Shown: positions 44,577 to 53,507 of the stretch, piece after piece
Position numbering within the stretch: position 1 is the first letter of the stretch
Layout: each line of letters opens with the position of its first letter
From: Acidimicrobiales bacterium
GTDB taxonomy: Bacteria; Actinomycetota; Acidimicrobiia; Acidimicrobiales; JAHWKP01
Reading direction: 5' to 3'
Assembly: GCA_035526705.1 (NCBI GenBank)
Contig: DATLBX010000017.1
Location: 34,507 to 98,506 of the forward strand
Length of the DNA stretch: 64,000 nucleotides
Position numbers and translations under genes: made by a program
The notes under the pieces: model-generated
Seen by the model: the letters and a program-made list of their open reading frames with translations, nothing else
Databases searched by the model: none
Told to the model about the DNA's origin: nothing

Positions 44577-47162
44577 ATGATCATCAGACGATCTCGTCTC
44601 GCGCCCATTGTGCTGACCGCGACGGTGCTCACCACGGTGCTCGTGCCCTTGATGGCGGCGCCCGCGTCTGCCGCGGTAGCGGTCGCGGCTCCGAATCCCG
44701 CGACGATTGCCGCCGCGCCGGATTACGCCACTGAGCGCTTCGCCGATGGGTGGGACTACGAGAACGCGGAGGACCAGCGACTCGACTCCAAAGCCGGGAT
44801 GCTGAACGTCACCAACCAGCGCCTCGAAGGGGGCCGGCTGAAGTTCACTGCGCAGCAGAGCGCGACATTCGACCCTGTCCTCACCTGGCCGGGCGACATC
44901 GCTTGGGGCCGCGACGGCGCGCTCCACCCCATCGACACCGGCCGTTACGACCGCATCTCATTCGCCATGAAGAGCCCGGTGGCCGCGGCCGGCGGCGTGT
45001 TCTGGTTCAACTGCGACACGCGCACCCCGAGCTGCCAAGGAGCGACCGCCTTCTCCGTGCAGCCCGGGTGGAGGGTGTACGACATTCCGTTGCAGAACAC
45101 GATCGCCCAGCTGGCGTGGTCCGGACCGATGACGAGTCTCCGCATCACCCCCAACGTGCCTGCCGGAACCGCTCTCGAATTCGACTGGATCCGGCTGCAC
45201 CACCGCGACGCGCCGGTGACCATCAACTGGACCGACGATTCCCCCGGCAACCAGGTCAGCCTGAACTGGGACCGCGACAACAACCTGTCGAACAACAGCG
45301 CCGACAGCCCCGACTGGGGTGTGGTGGAGACCAAGCAGTCCGGCCCGTCGAACAGCACCACGTTCCAGGCCTCGGCCTTCCCGCCCGGCGTGTACCGATT
45401 CTTTGCCGATGACGCGGGCACGCCCTCGGCCTACAGCGAGCCGCTGACCATCGACGCGCGTCCGCAGCCGGTCGTAACCAACCCGGACGCAGCCGGCGGA
45501 ACCGATTACGCGTCCGCGGTCCGCGGTGATGCGTGGGACTTCGACCAGGCATCAGACGCGGGGACGGCGAACGCGCAGAACGTCACGTTCGCCAACTCGG
45601 CGATCAACGGAACCAACGGGCCGCCGAACCAGAACGACCCGCAGGTTCTCCTGCCGCTCGGGCCCGCTCCGGTCGACGCCTCCCGCTTCCATCGTCTGTC
45701 GTTCAGCTACAGCTACGGCGGCGCGTTCGGCCTCGAAGACGCGCCGGGTGGGGGGACTATGTCGCGGATCATCTGGGAGGTCCTCGGCGGCGGGCCGAAC
45801 AACTACCAGGACCTGAACGACCTGGTGACCTACCAGGGCCCCAACAACGTGGTCGTCGACCTCGCGGGCCTTCCCCTGGGAACCCTGATCGACGAGGAGC
45901 AGCAAGGGGCCCGCATCGGTTGGATGGGTCAGCAGATCACGAGCCTGCGGTTCGACCCCAACGAAGACCCCGGGGCGCGCACCTGGAGCGTGGCGGACAT
46001 TCGCCTGGCCGAGGACGACGCCGCGGGGCCTGAAGGCTTCGACATCACCTTCCGCGACAACGCCTGGGAGGAGGGCACGACCGCCGAGATCTTCGTGGAC
46101 ACCGACGCCGGCGGCTTCAACGGCACGAGGGTCGGCGAGATGAACGTGGTCAACGGAATCAACACCTTCCGGTGGGTGCCGCAGGTCGGGGGCGGTCTGT
46201 ACTTCCCCTACGTCGTCCTGAACGACGGCTCGGCCACGGCCGGTGCATACGCCAGCGGGCCGGTGTCGGTCCGCACGGTCGGACGCATCGCCGGCGCGGA
46301 CCGCATCGCAACGGCTATCTCCATCGGCGACAACTCGTTCGCGCCCGGATCCGCCCAGGTCGCAGTGTTGGCGCGGCACGACAACTTCCCCGACGCGCTG
46401 GCGGGCACACCATTGGCCGCGGAGAAGGGCGGACCGCTGCTGCTCACGCAGCCCGGCGGGCTCGACAGCCGGGTCGGCGAGGCGCTGGACCGGATGGTGC
46501 CGGACGGCCGCACCGTCTACCTGCTCGGCGGCCCCGGCGCGTTGGGCCCGGCGGTGGAGCAGGCCGTCGCAGCGCGCGGGTACAACGTCGTGCGCCTTTT
46601 CGGAAACGATCGCTACGAGACCTCGGTCGCGATCGCCGAGGAGGTCGGCAACCCGCACGACATTCTGCTGACGACGGGTACGAACTTCCCCGACGCCCTG
46701 TCGGCAGGGGCGGCGGCAGGGGCACTCACCACGCCGGCTGTCGTCGTGCTCTCCAACGGGGAGGCGCTGCCTCCCTCGACATCGGCGTACATCTCCGGTA
46801 ACCCCCAGGCCCAGGTGTGGGCGGTCGGAGGCCAGGCCGCGGCTGCCGCGCCGGCCGGGGCTCAGGCCCTAGTCGGTGCGAACCGGTACGAGACTTCCGC
46901 CCGGGTCGCCGAGCGCTTCTTCCCGTCGCCCACCTTCGTCGGCATCGCCAGCGGAGTGAACTTCCCGGACGCGCTCGCCGGCGGCGCTCACGCGGCACGG
47001 CGTGGATCTCCGCTGTTGCTCAGCCCGCCTGATGGCCTACCCGGTCCGGTTGTGTCGTATCTGCAGGCGCGGCGTGACCCGATCACCGCAGGTGTGCTCT
47101 ACGGCGGCAGCGTGGCGCTGTCGGAGAACGTGAGAACCGGAGTCGAGCAAGCCATTGGTTAA
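44577..47162 (+). CDS. Large secreted protein: two tandem beta-rich modules + three C-terminal CWB2 (cell wall binding repeat 2) repeats
   Basis: ATG 44577 after GGAGG. Signal peptide ending PASAA. C-terminal repeats with GADRIAT/GNDRYETS/GANRYETS and FPDALAG/FPDALSAG/FPDALAGG (about nt 46275..47159). Confidence 0.8.
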   Translation: MIIRRSRLAPIVLTATVLTTVLVPLMAAPASAAVAVAAPNPATIAAAPDYATERFADGWDYENAEDQRLDSKAGMLNVTNQRLEGGRLKFTAQQSATFDPVLTWPGDIAWGRDGALHPIDTGRYDRISFAMKSPVAAAGGVFWFNCDTRTPSCQGATAFSVQPGWRVYDIPLQNTIAQLAWSGPMTSLRITPNVPAGTALEFDWIRLHHRDAPVTINWTDDSPGNQVSLNWDRDNNLSNNSADSPDWGVVETKQSGPSNSTTFQASAFPPGVYRFFADDAGTPSAYSEPLTIDARPQPVVTNPDAAGGTDYASAVRGDAWDFDQASDAGTANAQNVTFANSAINGTNGPPNQNDPQVLLPLGPAPVDASRFHRLSFSYSYGGAFGLEDAPGGGTMSRIIWEVLGGGPNNYQDLNDLVTYQGPNNVVVDLAGLPLGTLIDEEQQGARIGWMGQQITSLRFDPNEDPGARTWSVADIRLAEDDAAGPEGFDITFRDNAWEEGTTAEIFVDTDAGGFNGTRVGEMNVVNGINTFRWVPQVGGGLYFPYVVLNDGSATAGAYASGPVSVRTVGRIAGADRIATAISIGDNSFAPGSAQVAVLARHDNFPDALAGTPLAAEKGGPLLLTQPGGLDSRVGEALDRMVPDGRTVYLLGGPGALGPAVEQAVAARGYNVVRLFGNDRYETSVAIAEEVGNPHDILLTTGTNFPDALSAGAAAGALTTPAVVVLSNGEALPPSTSAYISGNPQAQVWAVGGQAAAAAPAGAQALVGANRYETSARVAERFFPSPTFVGIASGVNFPDALAGGAHAARRGSPLLLSPPDGLPGPVVSYLQARRDPITAGVLYGGSVALSENVRTGVEQAIG

Positions 47163-49164
47163 GCGCTTCTCCGGGGCTCTGGCGGTCACCCTCGCGCTAC
47201 TCGTCCTGCCGGTCCCCTCGGGCATCGGAAGCCGAGCTGTCGCCGCCGTGCAGAACCTGTCGGTGACGGCAGGCGACGCGGCGACGCACCAGGTCGAGCC
47301 CTTCGATCTCATCGGCCTGAGTTGGCCGGCCACGGCCAAGCATGCGCACGGACGGCTACGAGTCCGGGTCGACGGCGCCTGGTCGGAGTGGATGGACGTC
47401 GAAGGAAACCGCGACGAGGGCCCTGACCTCGCGTCGCGGGAGTCAGGGCGCGCCCGCGCCTTCAGCTCCCCCGTCTGGGTCGGAGGTGCCGACGCGTATC
47501 AGTTGGTGACCGAGACGGCGGCTCAAGCGCATGTCGTCCGGGACCGAAAGTCGAAGGCGTTGCCACTCGCGGTGGCAGGCCTCGGAGCTTCGCCCGCCGG
47601 CGCGTTGGTCGCCCGTCCGGAAATCCACACGCGCGGCGAGTGGGTGGCACGGGAGCCGAAGGTCGCGCCGACGTACGGCGCGGTAAAGGTCGGATTCGTC
47701 CATCACACCGTCGGGGCGAACGAGTACACGGCCGCCGAGGTGCCCGGGATCATCCGATCGATTCAGGCGTACCACATGGACGCGAACGGCTGGGATGACA
47801 TCGGATACAACTTCCTCGTCGACCGCTTCGGTCGCGTGTGGGAAGGACGTGGCGGAGGCATCGAACATTCGGTCATCGGCGCGCACGCCGGCGGCTTCAA
47901 CACGAACTCGACCGGTGTCGCCGTGCTTGGCACCTTCACCGACGTTGCCGCGCCGGTCGCGGCCACCGCGGCGGTGTCGCGCTTGCTGAGCTGGAAGCTG
48001 CCGTTCCACGGCTCGGACCCGGCCAGCCAGAGCGCCATCCAGTCCAAGGGCAGCACGCGTTACGCGGAAGGCCAGGTCGTCACCCTGCCCAACGTGTCGG
48101 GGCACCGCGACGTCAGCCAGACGTCCTGCCCGGGCAATCGGCTATACGAGCGGGTCGGGCAGATCCGGGCGGATGCCGCCGCCGGCGCCGCAGTAGCAGT
48201 GCCCTATTCGGAGGCGTGGCGCGGCGGGGTGTTCGTGGCCACCGGTGACCTCGACGACGACAACGTGGACGAGATCGTGACCGGCGCCGACTCGGGCGGC
48301 GGGCCGCACGTGCGCACCTTCGAGCCGGGTGGCGAAGCCCGCAAGTCCTTCATCGTCTATCCGCAGGGATTCCGCGGTGGCGTGCGGGTGGCGGTTGGCA
48401 ACACCGACGGACTGGGCGCCGATGAGCTCATCACCGCAGCAGGCCCCGGCGGCGGGCCCCATGTCCGCGTGCTGAAGAACGAAACCGAGGGCGTGACGTC
48501 GTTCATGGCCTACACGCCAGGTTTCACCGGCGGGGTGTACGTCGCGAGCGGCAACGTCGACGGCCTGCCGGGCGACGAAATCATCACCGGCGCCGGAGCC
48601 GGGGGCGGGCCCCACGTGCGCGTCTTCAAGGGCGACGGCACTCCGCTCACCGGCTTCATGGCCTACGGATCGGCATTTACAGGTGGCGTCCGAGTGGCTA
48701 CGGCGGACGTCAACGGCGATGGCCGCGACGAGATCGTCACGGGTGCGGGCCCCGGCGGCGGGCCGCACGTGCGAATCCTGGACATGACCGGCCGGGCTCT
48801 GGGCAGTTTCTTCGCCTATCCCCAGGACTTCACCGGCGGGGTGAACGTCGCCGGGATCGCGAGTGACCAGGCCTCCTCGACTCCGTCGGAGTGGATCGTG
48901 ACGGGCGCCGGCGAGAGCGGCGGTCCCCACGTGCGAGTCTTCGACGTCACGGGCGCGGAAAAGGGCAACTTCTTCGCGGGCCGGCCGACTGACAAGGGCG
49001 GCGTGCGCGTGGCCGGCGGTGTGTTCACACCTCGCGCCAATCCCGACGCGGCGCCCGATGAAGAAAGGCCGCGGCCCCAGCCCGCGATAGTCACCGCTCC
49101 CGGCCCCAACGTGCCCGGCCTGCTGAAGCTCGTGCTCCCGACGGGCACCCTCGTCTTCCCCTAA
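47155..49164 (+). CDS. N-acetylmuramoyl-L-alanine amidase (Amidase_2/PGRP domain) fused to a six-blade FG-GAP/VCBS-like repeat domain
   Basis: TTG start overlapping the upstream stop by 8 nt. Signal peptide present. GWDDIGYNFLVDRFGRVWEGRGG, GAHAGGFN and SGHRDVSQTSCPG. Followed by repeats GGV.VA.G..DG...DEI.TGAG.GGGPHVRVF. Confidence 0.85.
   Translation: MVKRFSGALAVTLALLVLPVPSGIGSRAVAAVQNLSVTAGDAATHQVEPFDLIGLSWPATAKHAHGRLRVRVDGAWSEWMDVEGNRDEGPDLASRESGRARAFSSPVWVGGADAYQLVTETAAQAHVVRDRKSKALPLAVAGLGASPAGALVARPEIHTRGEWVAREPKVAPTYGAVKVGFVHHTVGANEYTAAEVPGIIRSIQAYHMDANGWDDIGYNFLVDRFGRVWEGRGGGIEHSVIGAHAGGFNTNSTGVAVLGTFTDVAAPVAATAAVSRLLSWKLPFHGSDPASQSAIQSKGSTRYAEGQVVTLPNVSGHRDVSQTSCPGNRLYERVGQIRADAAAGAAVAVPYSEAWRGGVFVATGDLDDDNVDEIVTGADSGGGPHVRTFEPGGEARKSFIVYPQGFRGGVRVAVGNTDGLGADELITAAGPGGGPHVRVLKNETEGVTSFMAYTPGFTGGVYVASGNVDGLPGDEIITGAGAGGGPHVRVFKGDGTPLTGFMAYGSAFTGGVRVATADVNGDGRDEIVTGAGPGGGPHVRILDMTGRALGSFFAYPQDFTGGVNVAGIASDQASSTPSEWIVTGAGESGGPHVRVFDVTGAEKGNFFAGRPTDKGGVRVAGGVFTPRANPDAAPDEERPRPQPAIVTAPGPNVPGLLKLVLPTGTLVFP
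48213..49161 (+). repeat. Six tandem ~150-bp coding repeats (FG-GAP-like blades) inside the amidase gene
   Basis: The recurring DNA core GGCGG(G/T)CC(G/C)CA(C/T)GT(G/C)CG recurs with a period of about 150-170 bp, at about 48301, 48451, 48604, 48751 and 48919. The sixth unit is degenerate. Confidence 0.8.
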
Positions 49165-49251
49165 CCCCGGACCAACCGGCCGCACCAAACCGGTCCCCCA
49201 ACTGGCCGCATTTTTCCGCCGTATTCACGGAATTTGGCGGCCGGTTCGATT

Positions 49252-50601
49252 TCAGGTGGCCAAGTAGGAGTCGGCGACTTCGAGTGCTTCGTCGAGGATG
49301 GCGAGCCCTTCTCGGGCTTCGTCCTCGGTGATGACCAGCGGGGGCACGACGTGGATTCGGTTGAAGTGGACGAAGGGCCACAAGCCGCGCTCCTTGCATG
49401 CCGTGGCGACTGCGTTCATCGGGGCGGCGGCCTCGCCCGACGCGTTGAAAGGAACCAACATCTCGCGGGTCTCCGGGTTCCGGACCAGTTCCAGGGCCCA
49501 GAACACGCCGAGGCCGCGGGCCTCACCGACGCTCGGGTGCCGGCCTGCGATGGCTGCAAGCTCGGGTCCGAGCACCTCCTCGCCCAAGCGACGGGCATGG
49601 TCGATGACCCCGTCCTCGTGCATCGCCGTGATCGCCGCGACTGCTGCTGCGCAGGCCAGCGGATGCCCTGAATACGTCAGCCCGCCCGGATAAGGACGCT
49701 TGGTGAAGGTGTCGCTCACTGCTTCCGACACGATTACGCCGCCCAGCGGCACGTACCCGGAGTTCACACCCTTGGCGAAGGTGATCAGGTCGGGCTTCAC
49801 GTCCCAACGATCGACCGCGAACCACTCGCCGCAGCGGCCGAAGCCGGCCATCACTTCGTCGGAGATGAGAAGGATCCCGTACTGATTGCAGAGATCGCGG
49901 ACGCCTTCGAGATAGCCGTCCGGGGGAACGAGGATCCCATTGGTTCCCACGACGGGTTCGAGAATGATCGCCGCGACCGTGGTCGGTCCTTCGTACATGA
50001 GGACTTCATCAAGATGCTTCAGCGCACGTTCGCATTCCTCCGCCTCGGTCGTTGCGTGAAAGCTCGAGCGGTATAGGTACGGACCCAAGAAATGCACCAC
50101 CCCCGGCATCGCCGGTTCGCTCCCCCACCGCCGAGGGTCGCCGGTCAGGGCCATAGCGCCCGCCGTGGCGCCGTGGTACGACCGGTACTGCGCCAGCACC
50201 TTGTGGCGGCCTGTGTGCAGGCGGGCCATGCGCACCGCGTGCTCATTCGCTTCGGCGCCGGCGTTCGTAAAGAAGACCCGCGCCATCTGTCCGGGCGCCC
50301 GCTCGATGATCAGCCGAGCCGCCTCGCCGCGGACGTCGTTGGCAAAAGATGGCCCGACGGTGCAGAGCCGGGCCGCTTGCTCCTGAATGGCTGCCACAAG
50401 CCGGGGGTGTTGGTGACCGAGGTTGGTGTTGACCAGCTGCGATGAGAAGTCGAGCCATCGCGTCCCGGCACCGTCCCAGAACCACGCACCGGACCCGCCC
50501 GCTATCTCGGGGTGCCTTTGGCCTTGCATCGACCATGAATGGAAGACGTACCGCTGGTCGTCCTCGACAGCTGACGTCGACTTCGGTTCGTCTTCTCTCA
50601 T
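49252..50601 (-). CDS. Class III (omega) aminotransferase, PLP-dependent
   Basis: ORF trimmed to ATG 50601 (MREDEPK). SDEVMAGFGRCGEWFA and FAKGVNSGYVPLGG (PLP lysine context). Confidence 0.85.
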   Translation of the reverse strand: MREDEPKSTSAVEDDQRYVFHSWSMQGQRHPEIAGGSGAWFWDGAGTRWLDFSSQLVNTNLGHQHPRLVAAIQEQAARLCTVGPSFANDVRGEAARLIIERAPGQMARVFFTNAGAEANEHAVRMARLHTGRHKVLAQYRSYHGATAGAMALTGDPRRWGSEPAMPGVVHFLGPYLYRSSFHATTEAEECERALKHLDEVLMYEGPTTVAAIILEPVVGTNGILVPPDGYLEGVRDLCNQYGILLISDEVMAGFGRCGEWFAVDRWDVKPDLITFAKGVNSGYVPLGGVIVSEAVSDTFTKRPYPGGLTYSGHPLACAAAVAAITAMHEDGVIDHARRLGEEVLGPELAAIAGRHPSVGEARGLGVFWALELVRNPETREMLVPFNASGEAAAPMNAVATACKERGLWPFVHFNRIHVVPPLVITEDEAREGLAILDEALEVADSYLAT

Positions 50602-50652
50602 AGCTGCAGCCTGCGTCGCGCCGCTGCACAAGGCAAATGGCAAGGTATCCGC

Positions 50653-51786
50653 GTGATCGTCGACTCGACTCCCGCTCCCCGCGGGCCACGCCTACGTGAT
50701 CTCGGCATCACGGTGGGGGGTCTCCCCCCGGGGCCGCAGAACGCCATCACCGACGTCGTGGGAGTGCAGGTCGGGATGACGACTCTCGTTGCCGGCGGCG
50801 GACCGCGCGTCGTCGGGCAAGGCCCTGTCCGAACCGGAGTCACACTCGTGCTGCCCGCGCCGTGGCCGGTCTGGAAAACTCCGGTCTTCGCGGGGTCCCA
50901 CGTCCTCAACGGGAACGGCGAAGCCACCGGGCTCGCCTGGGTCAAAGAATCAGGGCTCCTCACCTCGCCGATAGGGATCACCAACACGCACAGCGTGGGG
51001 GTCGTGCGCGACGCTCTGATCGGTTTCGAAGCCGAGACCCACGATTCGGCCGTGTGGTTCTCGCTTCCGGTCGTGGCGGAGACGTACGACGGCCGGCTGA
51101 ATGACATCAACGGGATGCACGTCACCGCGGATCACGTGCGCCACGCGCTGACCACCGCCACCGGCGGACGCGTCCCCGAGGGCAACGTGGGTGGCGGTAC
51201 CGGGATGACCGCTCACCAGTTCAAGGGGGGTACGGGGACTTCCTCCCGCGTGGTGCTGCCCGACGTCGGCCCGTTTACCGTTGGTGTCCTCGTCCAGGCC
51301 AACTACGGCAGGCGGGAGCGCTTCGCGGTCAATGGTGTCCCGGTTGGTCGACTGATCGGGGACCGGGTGCCCTTGCCCGGGCCGGCGCCGGCGGCCCCAC
51401 CGGGCGCAGGGTCGATCATCATCGTGGTCGCAACAGACGCGCCGCTGCTTCCTCACCAGTGCGACCGCCTCGCTCAGCGCGCGGGTTTGGCGGTGGGACG
51501 CTTAGGGGGCGTCGGTGAGCACAGTAGCGGCGACATCTTCATCGCCTTCTCCACGGCCACGCATCTGCCGCCGGAAAACAAGGGGGTTGGCGGCGCATCC
51601 GTCGTCGACCTCCAGATGCTGGCGAACAGTCAGATCACGCTCTTGTTCGATGCCGTAGTCGAGGCAACGGAGGAAGCCATCCTCAACGCGATGGTTGCCG
51701 CTGAGACCATGGTGGGCTGCGACGGGTTCACCGTTCACCGCCTGCCCCACGATCTCCTGGCGGCCGCGCTGAATGGCGCTGGTTAA
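50653..51786 (+). CDS. P1/S58 family self-processing aminopeptidase (DmpA/BapA-like Ntn hydrolase)
   Basis: GTG start. NGNGEATG and GGGTGM motifs. Predicted autoprocessing site GAG|SIIIVVATDAPL. Confidence 0.85.
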   Translation: MIVDSTPAPRGPRLRDLGITVGGLPPGPQNAITDVVGVQVGMTTLVAGGGPRVVGQGPVRTGVTLVLPAPWPVWKTPVFAGSHVLNGNGEATGLAWVKESGLLTSPIGITNTHSVGVVRDALIGFEAETHDSAVWFSLPVVAETYDGRLNDINGMHVTADHVRHALTTATGGRVPEGNVGGGTGMTAHQFKGGTGTSSRVVLPDVGPFTVGVLVQANYGRRERFAVNGVPVGRLIGDRVPLPGPAPAAPPGAGSIIIVVATDAPLLPHQCDRLAQRAGLAVGRLGGVGEHSSGDIFIAFSTATHLPPENKGVGGASVVDLQMLANSQITLLFDAVVEATEEAILNAMVAAETMVGCDGFTVHRLPHDLLAAALNGAG

Positions 51787-52823
51787 GCGGGGACTCCCAG
51801 GACTTCGTCGAAGACCCGCATGAAGTTCCCACCGAGCACCTTCAAGATGTCGCTCTCGCTGAACCCCCGCCGCACCATGCATTCCGTGAGCTTCGGGAGG
51901 TCGGACGGTCGGGCAATCTCCGCCTCGTTGAACTCACCCGCCAGGTCCGGGGGAAGCACCCAGCCGCCGTAGATCTGTTTCATGTAGTCGTCGATGATGT
52001 CGGGGCCGATACCCACGTGGTCGATGCCCACGAGCTCGGCGACGTGCTCGATGTGGTCGACCACGCGATCCGCGGTGGGGTTCACCGGGTCGATGAAGAA
52101 CGGAATAGCTGCGGCTACGCCGATGACGCCGCCCAGCGACGCAATGCCCTTGACCTGCTCGTCGCCGAGGTTGCGGTGGATGTCGACGAGGCCCAGACAG
52201 GCGGAATGACTCGCGATGAAGGGCCGAGTGGCCAGGCCCAGTACGTCCTCGACCCCCGCGAGACCGAGGTGACTGATGTCAAAGACCACGCCCAACCGCT
52301 CCATCTCCCTGAACACCTCGATGCCTTGAGGAGTCAACCGGCCGTTGGACGTCGAGTCGAGTCCGCTGCCGTCGGCAAGGAAGGTGCGGTTCAGATGGGC
52401 GAGCGAGAGCACCCGGACGCCGAGCCGGGCGAGCGACAGCAGGATTTCCGGGTCTTGGCCGATGGCGTGCGCCCCCTCGAGAGCGATGACGAGCGCGATC
52501 TTCCCTTCGGCGGTCGCGGCGTGAATCTCCGTGGCCGTGAGACACACCGCGACGTCCTGCGAGTGCTCCTCAGCCAGGCGGTAGATGCGTTCGATCAGCA
52601 GCAGAGTTCGGCGAAGGCCGCCCTCGGATTGGAACTGCTCCTCCAGGCAGATGGGCAGTACCTGCACGTCGACCTGGCCCGCTCGCAGCTCGGGGAGCCA
52701 GAAGTCGGCGAAGTGGTCTGGCTGATCGCGGCGGTCGAAGTGGTCGACCAAGATGATGAGGTCGTTGTGGGTGTCGACGACCGTCGCATCGCGGTGAAGC
52801 GCGGCTGAGTCCATCGCGTCCAT
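51783..52823 (-). CDS. Membrane dipeptidase family (peptidase M19)
   Basis: VVDTHNDL, ALEGAH, SLAHL, DISHL and ASHS motifs in M19 order. 346 aa. Confidence 0.9.
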   Translation of the reverse strand: MDAMDSAALHRDATVVDTHNDLIILVDHFDRRDQPDHFADFWLPELRAGQVDVQVLPICLEEQFQSEGGLRRTLLLIERIYRLAEEHSQDVAVCLTATEIHAATAEGKIALVIALEGAHAIGQDPEILLSLARLGVRVLSLAHLNRTFLADGSGLDSTSNGRLTPQGIEVFREMERLGVVFDISHLGLAGVEDVLGLATRPFIASHSACLGLVDIHRNLGDEQVKGIASLGGVIGVAAAIPFFIDPVNPTADRVVDHIEHVAELVGIDHVGIGPDIIDDYMKQIYGGWVLPPDLAGEFNEAEIARPSDLPKLTECMVRRGFSESDILKVLGGNFMRVFDEVLGVPA

Positions 52824-52852
52824 TCAAGTTCAGTGGCGAAGGCCGCGCCGCG

Positions 52853-53437
52853 TCAGGCGGTGACGTCGTCGCGCAGGTACAGCGAGCGCTTCGGAGCGGC
52901 GAAGAAGCTGCGTAGGAGAGGCTCGAACTCGCCCAGGGGCTTGGTCGGGTACGACGGATCGAAAGCCGGCTGGTCGTATTCCTCGCAGAACTCGGCGGTC
53001 AGGTCGTAATACTCGTGCCCGGCGTACTGATCTCGCAGGTTGCGATCGAGGCCGAGGTGGTGGAAGAAGTAATAGCCCTGGAACACGCCGTGCTTCTCGA
53101 CCATCCAGTGGTAACCCTCACTCACGTATGGCTTCACGATGGCCGCCGCGACATCGGGGTGATTCAGTGAAGCGAGCGTGTCGCCGATGTCGTGCAAGAG
53201 CGCGCAGGCCACGTAGTCGTCATCACGGCCCGCATTCGCGGCTCGGGTCGCAGTTTGAAGCGAGTGGGTGAGACGGTCGACCTTGAACCCTCCGAAGTCA
53301 CCGTCGAGGAGACGGAGGTGGTCGAGCACCCGGTCGGCGAGGCCCGAGTGCATGTGGATGGCGGCGACCGCGATTCGGTCCCAGTCCTCCTTGGTTCCGT
53401 CGGTCATCGCGGTGAACTCGGCTCGGAGCTGGGTCAT
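52853..53437 (-). CDS. HD-domain protein, PhnZ/MIOX-like (possible diiron oxygenase)
   Basis: ORF trimmed to ATG 53437 (MTQLRAEF), 194 aa. His/Asp pattern THSLQ ... LLHDIGD ... NHPD ... YHW..KH ... YDQPAFD. Confidence 0.7.
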   Translation of the reverse strand: MTQLRAEFTAMTDGTKEDWDRIAVAAIHMHSGLADRVLDHLRLLDGDFGGFKVDRLTHSLQTATRAANAGRDDDYVACALLHDIGDTLASLNHPDVAAAIVKPYVSEGYHWMVEKHGVFQGYYFFHHLGLDRNLRDQYAGHEYYDLTAEFCEEYDQPAFDPSYPTKPLGEFEPLLRSFFAAPKRSLYLRDDVTA

Positions 53438-53507
53438 GACCCGCAAGATACCCGGCGGGCCCAATTTCGGCGCCGCTCCAGCGCGCCGGCTGTTCGAGGT
53501 TCGACGG

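Noticed and set aside
48213-49161. Regularly spaced ~150-bp repeats that could superficially suggest a CRISPR-like or satellite array
   Set aside because: They are in frame inside one ORF and encode FG-GAP-like blades. Spacing and length do not fit CRISPR repeats/spacers, and no cas genes are present.
49174-49246. 10-bp inverted repeat AACCGGCCGC / GCGGCCGGTT with an inner hairpin CCGCC..ATTC-ACG-GAAT..GGCGG, in the convergent gap between the amidase and aminotransferase genes
   Set aside because: Possibly a bidirectional terminator, but neither strand has a proper U-tract after the stems. The T5 run precedes the inner hairpin on the plus strand. I did not annotate it as a terminator without 3'-end data.
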